Source: Rubrivivax sp. SCN 71-131 (GTDB lineage: Bacteria > Pseudomonadota > Gammaproteobacteria > Burkholderiales > Burkholderiaceae_C). Taken from it: a stretch of DNA of 64,000 bases. Positions 38,050 to 48,204 of the stretch are shown in pieces (position 1 is the first letter of the stretch; every line of letters begins with the position of its first letter). The position numbers were made by a program, and so were the translations under genes. The notes beneath the pieces were generated by a model that ran no database searches, had not been told where the DNA came from, and saw only the letters and a program-made list of their open reading frames with translations. The stretch is from NCBI GenBank assembly GCA_001724995.1, contig MEFD01000028.1, positions 3,620 to 67,619 of the forward strand, written 5' to 3'.

Positions 38050-38733
38050 ATGTGCCCGCATGGTCCCGCCGCGCACAAGACGCCGTCCACGGCGCTGTTG
38101 TTGGTGCTGGGTAGCGTCGCGGCGCTCGCCGCCGCGTCCTTGGACGCTGCACCGCTGGAGCCAGGCGAGCTTCAACCGCTGGCGACGACCCTTGGCGTTG
38201 CCGGCGCCGAGGGCGGGGCCGCGGCAAGTCAGGACAGCGCGGGCAGCCCCGACACGGTGGAGATGCTGCTGCGCTTGCAGCAGTCGTCCGCGACCGGGAG
38301 CGAGAGGCCGTCAATGGCTGGTGTTGCCACCCCGGTTCCTGCCGGCGAAGCGCCGGACACGGCCGCAACCCCTGCAACGCACCTGAAGGCGTTGAAATCG
38401 AGCCTCTTCGGAGCCGACTCGGCCGATCCGAGCGAAGTCGGCGAATTCGCCCCCGCTGGCGCGGCGGGCCTGGGCAGCGCGCGACAGGCCTGGAGTCGGG
38501 ATTCAGGCCAAAGGTCGACCTCGCCCGCAACGTCCGGCTTTGGTGAGCCGGCAACGACCACCGTGCGCGCCGCGGGCGCGGGTGCCGCGGGGGGCGCCCT
38601 GCTCGCCAACCCCGTCGTGCGCTTCATCCGGGAGAACCGGGCGCTCAGCATCGGCGCCAGCCTCGGGCTGCTCGCTGCCGTCTGGTTCACGACCCACTAT
38701 CGCAGCCGCAGCCGCAGACGCAGGCGGCGCTGA
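38050..38733 (+). CDS. hypothetical secreted protein with C-terminal hydrophobic segment and poly-Arg tail
   Basis: ATG 38050 gives MCPHGPAAHKTPSTALLLVLGSVAALAAASLDA (signal-like). The body is Ala/Gly/Ser/Pro-rich. It ends LSIGASLGLLAAVWFTTHYRSRSRRRRRR. Confidence 0.4.
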   Translation: MCPHGPAAHKTPSTALLLVLGSVAALAAASLDAAPLEPGELQPLATTLGVAGAEGGAAASQDSAGSPDTVEMLLRLQQSSATGSERPSMAGVATPVPAGEAPDTAATPATHLKALKSSLFGADSADPSEVGEFAPAGAAGLGSARQAWSRDSGQRSTSPATSGFGEPATTTVRAAGAGAAGGALLANPVVRFIRENRALSIGASLGLLAAVWFTTHYRSRSRRRRRR

Positions 38734-38769
38734 GGCCCGCGCTTGCCGAAACCGCGCGCGTTGCGCCGA

Positions 38770-38979
38770 TCAGGAATCGAGCTCGTCGGGCTCGTCCGCC
38801 TCCGACAGGGCGGTGATCGCGGCCTCGCTTGCCGCGAAGGAGAGGTGCTGCTGATCCAGCGGCCGACAAAGATGTCGGTTGAGCCGCTCGAGCCGCTCGG
38901 ACTTCCGGATCGCCGCCAGCACCACTTCGGGCTGGAGCATGAGCATGAACGGGTTGCGAACCTGTGACTGCTGTGCCAT
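38770..38979 (-). CDS. hypothetical small protein (69 aa)
   Basis: Internal ATG of track ORF 38770-39801: MAQQSQVRNPFMLMLQPEVVLAAIRKSERLERLNRHL...ADEPDELDS. The upstream part of that ORF is an Arg/Ala-rich artefact. Confidence 0.4.
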   Translation of the reverse strand: MAQQSQVRNPFMLMLQPEVVLAAIRKSERLERLNRHLCRPLDQQHLSFAASEAAITALSEADEPDELDS

Positions 38980-39179
38980 CTCGTTACTCCTGAAGCCGGG
39001 ATGTGACTTGACAGGGGCCGACTGTAGTGACGACGGTGCGCTCGTGAACAGTCGGCGCCGCGGCACAAGGACTGTCCGATGATTTCCGACACGAAGACGG
39101 CCATCACCCGACAGCGCAATGCTGCGCTTTCCGGCACTTCGCCACAAGCCCGGCGAACCAGGCGGCGCGGCGACGGGGT

Positions 39180-39830
39180 TCAGATGCCGCCGGTTTCCAA
39201 CCTTCGGGCCAGCGAGTCGCGGCCATCCAGCCGCGCATAGGCCGCGGCATCCAGGCCGCGCCGGTTGCGCAGCGTGCGCTCGGCGCCGTTCTTCAGCAGC
39301 AGGCGCACGCTGTCCTCGCTGCCATAGCGCGCCGCCTGCATGAGTGGCGTATTGCCGTTGGGCGCGCGCGCATCGACGCTCGCGCCGCGTTCGAGCAGCA
39401 GCGCGACGGCCGCGGCCGAGGGCCCACTGCCCGCGTAGTGCAGCGGCGTCCAGCCGTCGCGCTGGACCTGCGCGCCACGCTCGATCAGCGTCGTCATCGC
39501 CCCGACGAGCCCGCGCAGCGCTGCCATCATGAGCGGCGTCTCGCCGGCGGCGTTGGCCACGTCGACCTGAATCGCCGGGTGCTGCAGCAGCAGCGCGAAG
39601 GACTTGGGCGAGCCGCCGCGCAGCGCCAGGTAGAGCGCATGCTGCCCCTTGGGATCGATCGTGTTCGGATCCAGGCCCCGCGCCAGCAATCGGCGCAGGT
39701 GGCCGTCGTCGTCGACTTCGATCGCGGTGAAGAAGTCCTCGTAGGCTCCCGCCCGCACCGGCGCGGCCAACGGCAGCAGGACGCCGGCGCACGCGACGCA
39801 CAATCGCTGCTGAAAGTCTCGACGCTTCAT
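39180..39830 (-). CDS. ankyrin-repeat protein with signal peptide
   Basis: MKRRDFQQRLCVACAGVLLPLAAPVRAGA..., with ANK cores GETPLMMAALRG, GWTPLHYAG and GNTPLMQAARYG. Confidence 0.85.
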   Translation of the reverse strand: MKRRDFQQRLCVACAGVLLPLAAPVRAGAYEDFFTAIEVDDDGHLRRLLARGLDPNTIDPKGQHALYLALRGGSPKSFALLLQHPAIQVDVANAAGETPLMMAALRGLVGAMTTLIERGAQVQRDGWTPLHYAGSGPSAAAVALLLERGASVDARAPNGNTPLMQAARYGSEDSVRLLLKNGAERTLRNRRGLDAAAYARLDGRDSLARRLETGGI

Positions 39831-40624
39831 GCCGGCCTCCCTGCGGGCGTCACGCGCGTGAAGAGGCGATCGAAGTTGGCACTCGTCTGCTTTGCCACCT
39901 CTTCGATCGTCAGGCCCTTGATCGCGGCCACCTGCTCGGCCACGTGCACGACGAGCGCGGGCCGGTTGAGCTTGCCCCGGTGCGGCACCGGCGCCAGATA
40001 GGGCGCATCGGTCTCGATCAGCAGCCGGTCCATCGGCACCATGGCGGCGACCTCGCGCAGGTCCTGCGCGTTGCGGAAGGTCAGGATGCCCGAGAAGGAG
40101 ACGAAGAAGCCCAGATCGAGCGCCGCGCGTGCGACCTCGCGCGTCTCGGTGAAGCAGTGGAAGACCCCGCTCACCGCGCCCTGCCCCTCTTCGCGCAGGA
40201 TGGCCAGCGTGTCGGCGCTGGCGCTGCGCGTGTGCACGACCAGCGGCAGAGCGCTTGCGCGCGCGGCGCGGATGTGCACCGCGAAGCGCTCGCGCTGCCA
40301 GGCCAGGTCGGCGACGGTCCTTGCGCCCAGCCGGTAGTAGTCGAGCCCCGTTTCGCCGAGGCCGACCACACGCGGCAGCGTGGCGCGCTCGAGCAGATCG
40401 GCCACGCTCGGCTCGTGCCCGTCCTCGGTATCGGGATGCACGCCCACCGTGCACCAGAGCACGTCATGGGCCAGCGCCAGGGCGTGCACGCGCTCGAACT
40501 CCGCCAGCGTCGTGCAGATGCACAGTGCGCGCCCGACGCGCGCGGCCGCCATCTCGGCAAGGACGCCGTCCAGACCGGCGTGCAGTTCCGGAAAACTCAG
40601 ATGGCAGTGCGAATCGACGAACAT
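39827..40624 (-). CDS. tatD: TatD-family metal-dependent hydrolase
   Basis: MFVDSHCHL (HxH), HCFTE and IETDAPYLAPVP. It follows pilZ as in the conserved holB-pilZ-tatD arrangement. Confidence 0.92.
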   Translation of the reverse strand: MFVDSHCHLSFPELHAGLDGVLAEMAAARVGRALCICTTLAEFERVHALALAHDVLWCTVGVHPDTEDGHEPSVADLLERATLPRVVGLGETGLDYYRLGARTVADLAWQRERFAVHIRAARASALPLVVHTRSASADTLAILREEGQGAVSGVFHCFTETREVARAALDLGFFVSFSGILTFRNAQDLREVAAMVPMDRLLIETDAPYLAPVPHRGKLNRPALVVHVAEQVAAIKGLTIEEVAKQTSANFDRLFTRVTPAGRPA

Positions 40625-40667
40625 GCAGCAGAAAGAGTCGACCGCCAACGCCGCGCGCGGAGTCGCC

Positions 40668-41111
40668 TCAGATCGTTTGCGTGGGCTTGCCGGAACTGAC
40701 CGCGGTGCCGAGGATTTCCTCGATGCGCAGCTTGAGGGCGCGCGTCTTCTCGTCGGCGGGGAAGCGTACGCCCACGCCCTGCGTGCGGCCACCGGAGGCG
40801 TTGGCCGGCGTGATCCAGGCGACCTTGCCGGCCACCGGGTAGCGGTGCGGATCGTCGGGCAGCGAAAGCAGCAGAAAGATGTCCTCGCCGAGCTTGTAGT
40901 CGCGCGTCGTCGGCACGAACAGACCGCCATCGCTCAGCACCGGCATGTAGGCCGCGTAGAGCGCGCCCTTCTCGCGAAAGACGAGCTGCATCACGCTGGG
41001 CCGGCCGCTGGCTGCAGCCTGCGTCGTCGAGACCCCGCCCGCCACGGCCGCGCCGGGCGCCGTACCTGCGGCAGCCGCAGATCTGGTTTCGACGGCAACC
41101 CTTTCGTTCAT
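40668..41111 (-). CDS. pilZ: PilZ-domain protein (type IV pilus assembly PilZ type)
   Basis: 147 aa. ...YAAYMPVLSDGGLFVPTTRDYKLGEDIFLLLSLPDD...GVGVRF. Located between holB and tatD. Confidence 0.8.
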   Translation of the reverse strand: MNERVAVETRSAAAAGTAPGAAVAGGVSTTQAAASGRPSVMQLVFREKGALYAAYMPVLSDGGLFVPTTRDYKLGEDIFLLLSLPDDPHRYPVAGKVAWITPANASGGRTQGVGVRFPADEKTRALKLRIEEILGTAVSSGKPTQTI

Positions 41112-41237
41112 TGGCCGAGTGTATCGGAGTGCCCGGCTTCACAGCCCTCGTGCGCCGCCTGCGCGCCGTCACAACGCCACCGATCTCGCCAAACAGCGGC
41201 GATCCTGCACGCCTCGGCGTGGCGCTCGGGCCGGCGG

Positions 41238-42269
41238 TCAGGCCTCGCGCCCGCCCGCCCAGGCCGCCGCCGCGCGCGCCAGCAGCGTATCGACCAGCAG
41301 TCCTTCGTTCCAGGGGTGATCTGCGTGGCGCGCCAGCCTGGCCAGCTCGAGGCTCCAGGCCGCAAGCGCCTCGGCCCGGGCCGGCTGCCGCAGCGCGGCG
41401 CCGGGAAAGAAACGCGGCGCGGCGCCGCTGGCCAGCGCCAGCCCGTCGTGGCAGAGCTTCTGCAGCGCATCGACGATCGCCGGCAGCGCCCAGCCGGCCA
41501 GCGCGCTGGCCTGCCGCCGCAGCACGGCCGCGGGCAAGGCGCCCCAGCGCGCCGCATCGATACCGGCTTGCGCCAGCGCCAGCGCATCCAGCGGCCTGCC
41601 CGAGCAGGCGTCGAGCAGGATCTCGGGCGTCGCGAGCCCTTGCGTCAGCAGCCATTCGCGCGCCCCTGCCGCAGGCGGCGGCTGCAGGCGCAGCACCTGG
41701 CAGCGACTTCGCACCGTGGGCAGCAGCCGCGCCGGCGCGGCACTCGCCAGCAGCAGGCGGACGTTGCCTGGCGGCTCCTCCAGCGTCTTCAGCAGGGCGC
41801 TGGCCGCCTGCAGGTTCATCGCTTCGGCCGGATGGATGAGGATCGCCTTGACGCCGCCGCGCGACGAGGTGGTCGCGGCCCACTCGATCGCCGCGCGCAC
41901 CTCCTCGATGCGGATCTGCCGGCTGGGCTTGCGCCGGGTCTTCGTGCCGCCCTCGTCCTGCGCGTCCTCGCCAGCTTCGGCGCCAGCCAGGCCGAGCTGC
42001 TGACGCAGCGCCTCGGGGAGCAGGCGGCGCAGGTCGGGGTGCGCGCCCGCCGCCAGCATGCGGCAGGATTCGCACGCGCCGCAGGGCCTTGGCGATGCAT
42101 CGCCGGCCTCGCACAGCCAGCGGTCGACGATGCGATGCGCGCATTCGAAGAGCCCGTCGCCGGCGGCCCCGTGCAGCAGCAGGGCGTGCGAACGCCCGGC
42201 CAGCACCTGCGCCTGCGCGATCGTCGGCGCCAGCCAGGGCAACGCGTGCGCGCTCGCCGCTACGCTCAT
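41238..42269 (-). CDS. holB: DNA polymerase III delta' subunit
   Basis: Start at MSVAASAHALPWL. HALLLHGAAGDG, zinc module CGACESCRML and LLKTLEEPP. Confidence 0.9.
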   Translation of the reverse strand: MSVAASAHALPWLAPTIAQAQVLAGRSHALLLHGAAGDGLFECAHRIVDRWLCEAGDASPRPCGACESCRMLAAGAHPDLRRLLPEALRQQLGLAGAEAGEDAQDEGGTKTRRKPSRQIRIEEVRAAIEWAATTSSRGGVKAILIHPAEAMNLQAASALLKTLEEPPGNVRLLLASAAPARLLPTVRSRCQVLRLQPPPAAGAREWLLTQGLATPEILLDACSGRPLDALALAQAGIDAARWGALPAAVLRRQASALAGWALPAIVDALQKLCHDGLALASGAAPRFFPGAALRQPARAEALAAWSLELARLARHADHPWNEGLLVDTLLARAAAAWAGGREA

Positions 42270-42297
42270 CGACGGCTCCTTCCCTTTCCGTTGCGCG

Positions 42298-42927
42298 TCA
42301 CCACCAGCCGGTGGCGAGCAGGTGTTCCTGCATGCGCTGGCGGACCTGCTCGCGGCTGCCGCGGGCCTCGAGCCGCCGAAAGCGCGCGGGGGCAAGACGC
42401 GCACGCTCGGCGTAGGCCTCGCGCACGCGCTCGAAGAAGGACTCGTCCTGACGCTCGAAGCGGTCGGGCGCACGCACCGCGGTGCGCCGCGCCGCCGCTT
42501 CGTCGGGCGGCAGGTCGAACCACAGGGTCAGATCGGGCTGGCGGCCCTGCTGCACCCAGAGCTCGAGCTGCGCCAGCACCGCGGCGTCGGCGCCGCGCCC
42601 CGCGCCCTGGTAGGCGAAGCTGGCGTCGGTGAAGCGGTCGCAGACGACCGTGCGGCCGGCGGCCAGTGCCGGCTCGATCTGCCGCAGCAGGTGGTCCCGC
42701 CGCGCGGCGAAGACCAGCAGGACTTCGGTCAGCACGTCCATGGGCTCGTGCAGCACGAGCTCGCGCAGCCGCTCCGCCAGCACCGTGCCGCCGGGCTCGC
42801 GCGTCTGCACGACGTCGTGCCCGCGCGCGCGCAGCCAGGCCACGGCATGCTCGAGATGCGAACTCTTGCCCGCGCCGTCGATGCCCTCGAAGCTGATGAA
42901 GCGGCCCTGCACCGTCGACCCCTGCAC
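42298..42927 (-). CDS. tmk: dTMP kinase
   Basis: GTG start (42927 or 42912). P-loop [14 protein letters not shown] and [12 protein letters not shown]. Confidence 0.9.
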   Translation of the reverse strand: MQGSTVQGRFISFEGIDGAGKSSHLEHAVAWLRARGHDVVQTREPGGTVLAERLRELVLHEPMDVLTEVLLVFAARRDHLLRQIEPALAAGRTVVCDRFTDASFAYQGAGRGADAAVLAQLELWVQQGRQPDLTLWFDLPPDEAAARRTAVRAPDRFERQDESFFERVREAYAERARLAPARFRRLEARGSREQVRQRMQEHLLATGWW

Positions 42928-42932
42928 CCCGG

Positions 42933-43991
42933 TCAAGGCTGGCCGCGCTGATAGCGGTTCACCGCGCGATTGTGCTCGGCCAGCGTTTCGCTGAAGACGC
43001 TGCTGCCGTCGCCGCGGGCGACGAAGTAGAGGGCCTTGGTCTGCTGTGGCCGCCCCGCCGCCTGCAGCGAAGCCAGCCCCGGCAGGCCGATCGGCGTCGG
43101 CGGCAGCCCCGCGCGGGTGTAGGTGTTGTGGGGCGTGTCGGCCTGCAGGTCGCGCTTGCGCAGGTTGCCGTCGAAGGCTTCGCCCAGGCCGTAGATCACC
43201 GTGGGGTCGCTCTGCAGCGGCATGCCGATGCGCAAGCGGTTGACGAATACCGCGCCCACCAGCCCGCGGTCGGCGGCCTGGCCGGTTTCCTTCTCGATGA
43301 TCGAGGCCAGCACGAGCAGTTCCTCGGGCGTCTTCAGCGGCAGGGCATTGTCGCGCCCGGCCCAGGTCTCCTGCAGGCGCAGCTGCATCGCGCGCTGCGC
43401 CCGCCGCAGCACGGTGAGGTCGCTGACGCCGCGCGCGTAGGCATAGGTGTCGGGGAAGAAGCGGCCTTCGGCGGCAACGCCGGCCAGGCCCAGCTCGTGC
43501 ATCAGCTGTGCGTCGTCCCAGCCGGCGGTGAGCGGCCGCAGCCCCGGCGCATCGGCCAGGGCACGGCGCATCTGCCGCACCGTCCAGCCTTCGATGATGC
43601 GCACCGTCTGCATGCGCTCGCGCCCCTGCACCAACGTCTCGAGCAGGCCGCGCGGGGTGACGCCGGCCTCGACCTCGTAGCTGCCGGCGCGGATGCGCCG
43701 GTCCTCGCCGGAGAGGCGGAACCACGCGTAAAGCCAGCGCGCATCGGTGCGCACGCCGGCATCGACCCAGGCCTGCGCGATCTGGCGCGGGGTGGCACCG
43801 GCCTCGATGGAGAGCTCGACGCGAGGCTGCGCAAGCGTGAGGGGATGCTGCAGCCACCAGCCCACGACGGCGGCGAGCAGCGCAGCCAACGCCACCGCGA
43901 TGACCGCCAGCACCGCCAGCACACGCTTCCCCCGGGGCCGGGCCCCCGCCCTGGCGCCCGCCTGGGTTCCCTTCCTGGCCCCTTGCCGCAT
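42933..43991 (-). CDS. mltG: endolytic murein transglycosylase MltG (YceG family)
   Basis: Start MRQGARKG..., [25 protein letters not shown], catalytic region ASIIEKETG and [13 protein letters not shown]. Confidence 0.9.
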   Translation of the reverse strand: MRQGARKGTQAGARAGARPRGKRVLAVLAVIAVALAALLAAVVGWWLQHPLTLAQPRVELSIEAGATPRQIAQAWVDAGVRTDARWLYAWFRLSGEDRRIRAGSYEVEAGVTPRGLLETLVQGRERMQTVRIIEGWTVRQMRRALADAPGLRPLTAGWDDAQLMHELGLAGVAAEGRFFPDTYAYARGVSDLTVLRRAQRAMQLRLQETWAGRDNALPLKTPEELLVLASIIEKETGQAADRGLVGAVFVNRLRIGMPLQSDPTVIYGLGEAFDGNLRKRDLQADTPHNTYTRAGLPPTPIGLPGLASLQAAGRPQQTKALYFVARGDGSSVFSETLAEHNRAVNRYQRGQP

Positions 43992-44012
43992 GCGGCTGAT
44001 GATAATGAGCCG

Positions 44013-44957
44013 ATGAATGCGACTGCTCCCGCGCCGGACGGCGCGCTGCGCCTCAGCGACTGGGGCCTGATCCGCGCCCGCGGCGCCGAGGCCCGCAGCT
44101 TCCTGCAAGGGCAGCTCACGCAGGCTATGCTGCAGTTTCCTGCCGGGGTGGCGCGACCGGCGGGCTACTGCTCACCCAAGGGGCGCCTGCTGGCGAGCTT
44201 CATCGTCTGGCAAGGAACGTCCGACGGGGAGCTGATGCTCGCCTGCAGCGCCGACCTGCTGCCGGCGACGCTCAAGCGCCTCTCGATGTACGTGCTGCGA
44301 GCGCAGTGCAAGCTGAGCGACGCCAGTGCCGAATGCATGCTCTGGGGCGTGGCCGGCGCCAGCGCCCGGGCGCTCGCCGGCACGCTGGCCGTCTGGCAGA
44401 TGCGGGCGCACGGCGCCACGCGCGTGCTGCGCCTGCCCGACGCGCCGTTGCACGGCCGGTCGCTGGCCCGCGCGCTGCTGGTTCAGCCGAGCGATGCCGC
44501 CGCGCCCGCGCTGCCGGCCTTGGCTGCGCCCGCCTGGGCGGCGCTGGAGGCGCGCAGCGGCGTGGTGCGCATCGTCGCCGCCACGCAGGAGCAGTTCGTG
44601 CCGCAGCGGGTCAACCTCGAGCTCGTCGGCGGCGTCGATTTCAAGAAGGGCTGCTACCCCGGGCAGGAGGTGGTGGCGCGCAGCCAGTACCGCGGCACGC
44701 AGACCCGCCGCGCCTACCTCGTCAGCGGCACGGCCGCGATGGCGCCGGGCCAGGAGATCTTCCACAGCGCCGAGCCCGGGCAGCCTGCGGGCCTGGTCGC
44801 GCTCGCCGGCTCGATCGCCGAGGGCCGGTTCGACGCGCTGGCCGAGCTGAAGATCGCGGCCACGGCGGACGGCAGCCTGCACCTGGGGCACGCGGGAGGG
44901 CCGTTGCTGACCCTTGGAACCCTGCCCTACGCGCTGCCCGCCGACGTCGCGACCTGA
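44013..44957 (+). CDS. ygfZ: folate-binding tRNA-modification/Fe-S cluster repair protein YgfZ
   Basis: Start [24 protein letters not shown]. Signature [12 protein letters not shown]. Confidence 0.88.
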   Translation: MNATAPAPDGALRLSDWGLIRARGAEARSFLQGQLTQAMLQFPAGVARPAGYCSPKGRLLASFIVWQGTSDGELMLACSADLLPATLKRLSMYVLRAQCKLSDASAECMLWGVAGASARALAGTLAVWQMRAHGATRVLRLPDAPLHGRSLARALLVQPSDAAAPALPALAAPAWAALEARSGVVRIVAATQEQFVPQRVNLELVGGVDFKKGCYPGQEVVARSQYRGTQTRRAYLVSGTAAMAPGQEIFHSAEPGQPAGLVALAGSIAEGRFDALAELKIAATADGSLHLGHAGGPLLTLGTLPYALPADVAT

Positions 44958-45631
44958 TCGTCGGCGACGAGGCGACCGGCCTCGATGCGCAGCTGGCGGT
45001 CGCAGCGCGTGGCGATCGCCGCGTCGTGGGTGACGAGCACGAGCGTGGTGCCGACTTCGCGGTTGAGCGCGAACATCAGCTCCATCACCTTCTCGCCGGT
45101 GGCGAAGTCCAGGCTGCCGGTGGGTTCGTCGGCCAGCAGCAGCGCCGGGCGCACGACGAAGGCCCGTGCCAGCGCCACGCGCTGCTGCTCGCCGCCCGAA
45201 AGCACGCGCGGATAGTGGCCCAGGCGCTCGGCCAGGCCCACGCGCTGCAGCATCTCGGTGGCCGCGGCGCGCGCGTCGGCGCGGCCCATCAGCTCCAGCG
45301 GCAGCATGACATTTTCGAGCGCCGTCAGGTGCGACAGCAACTGGAAGCTCTGGAAGACGAAGCCCATCTGCTGCGCACGCAGCGCCGCGCGCGCGTCCTC
45401 GTCGAGCGCAAACAGGTCGACGCCGGCGACGACGATGCTGCCCGCGCTCGGCACGTCCAGCCCGGCGAGGATGGAGAGCAGCGTGCTCTTGCCCGAGCCC
45501 GAGGCGCCGACGATGGCCACCGATTCGCGCGGCGCGAGCTCGAAGCCGATGTCATGGAGAATCGTCAGCGTGCCGGTGGCATCGGACACCTGCTTGCAGA
45601 GGTTCTTGACGGAGATGATGGACGAAGGCAT
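44927..45631 (-). CDS. ybbA: ABC transporter ATP-binding protein (YbbA/LolD-like)
   Basis: Start MPSSIISVKNL. Walker A GASGSGKST, LSGGEQQRVALARA and LLADEPTGSLD. It is divergent from, and start-overlapping with, the tesA-like gene. Confidence 0.88.
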   Translation of the reverse strand: MPSSIISVKNLCKQVSDATGTLTILHDIGFELAPRESVAIVGASGSGKSTLLSILAGLDVPSAGSIVVAGVDLFALDEDARAALRAQQMGFVFQSFQLLSHLTALENVMLPLELMGRADARAAATEMLQRVGLAERLGHYPRVLSGGEQQRVALARAFVVRPALLLADEPTGSLDFATGEKVMELMFALNREVGTTLVLVTHDAAIATRCDRQLRIEAGRLVADDQVATSAGSA

Positions 45632-46304
45632 GCAGCGGCAGGGCAGACGAGGTTGGCTGCGGGACTGTAGCGTGCTTGCCGCTGCCGCCCTGGCCGCGGG
45701 GACGCTCGCGGCCCAGGCGACGACCGCTCGCAAGGGCGACAAGCGCGAGCGGGTGCTGCTCGTCGTCGGCGACAGCCTCTCGGCCGAGTACGGCATCGCC
45801 CGTGGCAGCGGCTGGGCGGCCCTGCTCGAGCGCCGGCTCATCGAGCAGCGTCTGCCCTGGCGCGTCGTCAACGCCAGCGTCAGCGGCGACACCACGGCCG
45901 GTGGCCGCAGCCGCCTGCCGGCGCTGCTGCAGCAGCACGAGCCGGCGCTGGTGGTGATCGAGCTCGGCGGCAACGACGCGCTGCGCGGGCTGCCGCTGTC
46001 CGGCACCGAGGACAACCTGCTGGCGATGGCGCGCGCGGCCAAGGCCAGCGGCGCGCGCGTGCTGCTGGTGGGCATGCAGGTGCCACCCAACTACGGACGC
46101 CGCTACGCCGAGGACTTCGAGCAGATCTTCGCACGCGTGGCCCGCGTCGAGAAACTGCCGCTGGTGCCGCGCCTGCTGGCCGGCGTGGCGGATGCGCCGG
46201 ACCCGATCGCGCTGTTCCAGCCCGATCGCATCCATCCCACGGCGCAGGCCCATCCGCGCCTGCTCGACAACGTCTGGCCGGCGCTGCAAGCGCTGCTGCG
46301 CTGA
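45630..46304 (+). CDS. tesA: GDSL-family arylesterase / acyl-CoA thioesterase I
   Basis: Signal-like N-terminus, GDSL block VVGDSLSAEYG, GGNDAL, and C-terminal DRIHPT (catalytic His). Confidence 0.88.
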   Translation: MQRQGRRGWLRDCSVLAAAALAAGTLAAQATTARKGDKRERVLLVVGDSLSAEYGIARGSGWAALLERRLIEQRLPWRVVNASVSGDTTAGGRSRLPALLQQHEPALVVIELGGNDALRGLPLSGTEDNLLAMARAAKASGARVLLVGMQVPPNYGRRYAEDFEQIFARVARVEKLPLVPRLLAGVADAPDPIALFQPDRIHPTAQAHPRLLDNVWPALQALLR

Positions 46305-46323
46305 ACCTTCGCCGGGCGCGGCG

Positions 46324-48012
46324 TCAGCGCACCGAGCCGCGGCGCTCGGGACGCTGCGGCATCTCCTCGCGTGACCTCGGTTCGTCCTGCGGCGGCGCGC
46401 GTCGATCCGGCGGCGCGGCCCGTTCGGGAATGCGCCGACGCCCCTCTGCAGGCGCGGGCAGGGCCACGGGCGCGCGTGGCGCTTCGGGCTGCACTGGCCG
46501 CAGCGGCGGCTGCGGCCGGGCCGGCTCGTGCGCGACTCCGGGCTGCAACGGCGCGCCGGGTGCCTCGGGCCGGGTGCGCGGCCCGGGCCCACCCATCACC
46601 GGCGGATGCATCACCGCGGGGGGCTCGGGGGGCCCGCCGATCGCGCGTGGTCCGCGATCGTGTGTGCGATCGTGTGTGCGATCGGGCGTGCGATCAGGGG
46701 CGCGACCGATCGGCGGCCGCTCGTGACCATGTCCCGGGCTGCCGCGTCGCGGCGGATCCGGTCGGCCGAGCGCCGGCGGCGGGCGGCGCAGCACGTCGAC
46801 GGGGACGACGGTGACGCCGTGCGGCACGCCGCCGCGGCCGTACTCGATGCCGCCGCGCCAGCCCGGCGGCGGCCGGTGGCGGCGCCATTCGGGCGGATCG
46901 ACGCGGGCGTGGTAGCGCGGGCTGGCGCGATAGGCGGGGCGGAAGACTTCCCACGGCGCCAGCGGCATCCAGCTCAGCGACACGCTGCCCAGGCGGATGC
47001 CGATGCCAACTGCCGGCCCGTCGATCCAGACGACGAGCGCGGGTGCGTAGACCGGTCGCGCGACGTAGGGGCCCGGCACCCAGACCCAGCGCGCGTGCCA
47101 CGGCATCCAGCGGCCGTAGTGAAACGGGGCGAAGCCCCAGGGTGCGGCGTCCACCCAGGTCCAGCCCCAGGGGCGGACCCAGACCCAGCGACCGTCGCGA
47201 TAGGGCGCCCAGCCCGCGGCCAGGCCGCGCGGGGTCCAGACGCTGCCGTACTGCGGGTGCTGCTCCCAGCGACCGTAGCGATCCAGGTCTTCGTAGCCGG
47301 TCATTTCCGGCGAGACGTAGCGGGTCGCCACCACGCGGTCTTCGGCGCGGTCGGCGGCCAGCACCCGTGCCGCGAAGGCGTCTTCGACGGCGGCGAGCAG
47401 GCGCAGGCGCAGCTCGCCGTCCTCGCGCCAGAGTTGCAGGCGTCGCCCGCTGTCGACGATCAGGCGGCTGCCGTCGTCGAGCTGCAGTTCGCCGCGCCAG
47501 CTCGTGGCCTCGGTCATCGTGCCGACGCGCTGCACGCCGTACAGGCCGGCACGCAGCGGACGCAGCCAGGCGTCGGCGGTGCCGAACCAGACCTCGCTGG
47601 CCAACTCGTTCGCACGCAGGCGCAGCGCGACCCTGCCCTGCAGCACGCGCACGCGAAGCTCGTCGTCGTCGAGGCGGTCGAAGACGAGTTCGCTGCCTTC
47701 GTCCATCAGCAACGTGGTCGAGCCGATGCGCAGCTGGGCATGCCCCCCGGCGTCGGTGACGAGCCGATCGCCGCCGGTCAGCGGCAGGTTCCGCTGCGCG
47801 TCGGTCCAGCGCTGCTGCTCCGAGTCGAACCACCAGACGGCGCCTTCGCGCTCGGCCACGCGCCCTACCCGCCCCGGCGGATCGGGCTCGCCCTGTGCCC
47901 AGGCCGGGGCCACGCCCAGCATGGCCAGCATCAGCATCAGCATCGGGAGGAACGGCGCCATCCGCCCGCGATGGACCGAAGTGCGCAAGCCGACGTTTCG
48001 TGGCTGGCTCAT
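46324..48012 (-). CDS. FecR-domain secreted protein with Trp-rich C-terminal region and Pro-rich tail
   Basis: Start MSQPRNVG... and signal MLMLMLAMLGVAPAWA. FecR-like LTGGDRLVTDAGGHAQLRIGSTTLLMDEGSELVF. WGWTWVDAAPWGFAPFHYGRW repeats. A small 12-bp repeat at 46654-46700 encodes (HDRT)n. Confidence 0.75.
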   Translation of the reverse strand: MSQPRNVGLRTSVHRGRMAPFLPMLMLMLAMLGVAPAWAQGEPDPPGRVGRVAEREGAVWWFDSEQQRWTDAQRNLPLTGGDRLVTDAGGHAQLRIGSTTLLMDEGSELVFDRLDDDELRVRVLQGRVALRLRANELASEVWFGTADAWLRPLRAGLYGVQRVGTMTEATSWRGELQLDDGSRLIVDSGRRLQLWREDGELRLRLLAAVEDAFAARVLAADRAEDRVVATRYVSPEMTGYEDLDRYGRWEQHPQYGSVWTPRGLAAGWAPYRDGRWVWVRPWGWTWVDAAPWGFAPFHYGRWMPWHARWVWVPGPYVARPVYAPALVVWIDGPAVGIGIRLGSVSLSWMPLAPWEVFRPAYRASPRYHARVDPPEWRRHRPPPGWRGGIEYGRGGVPHGVTVVPVDVLRRPPPALGRPDPPRRGSPGHGHERPPIGRAPDRTPDRTHDRTHDRGPRAIGGPPEPPAVMHPPVMGGPGPRTRPEAPGAPLQPGVAHEPARPQPPLRPVQPEAPRAPVALPAPAEGRRRIPERAAPPDRRAPPQDEPRSREEMPQRPERRGSVR

Positions 48013-48204
48013 GGCGATGCCTTTCGCGGAAGTCCCGCAGCGAGTCTGCCGCAACAACGCCCGAGCCGCGATCGAGGCGGACCGGCCGCTTGTAAACCTT
48101 GGTGAAGCCGACCCGAGGCGGGCCCCTCATGCCGACGCGCCCGGCGCGGCAAGCCCGGCAGGCGCCACAATGGCAGTTCCTGCGGTGAACCGAGGCCAGC
48201 CATC

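Noticed and set aside
37748-38554. 268-aa minus-strand ORF crossing the right att site
   Set aside because: The translation is Arg/Pro/Ala-rich and overlaps the plus-strand candidate gene. Only its last ~30 codons matter, as the potential episomal tail of the repressor-like protein (reported separately).
39180-40454. Long N-terminal extensions of many track ORFs (e.g. 39180-40454, 41238-42473, 42298-43857, 42933-44108, 44927-46090, 20314-22539)
   Set aside because: The real proteins start at internal codons, where recognisable N-terminal motifs, signal peptides or RBS appear. The upstream parts overlap neighbouring genes and are low-complexity.
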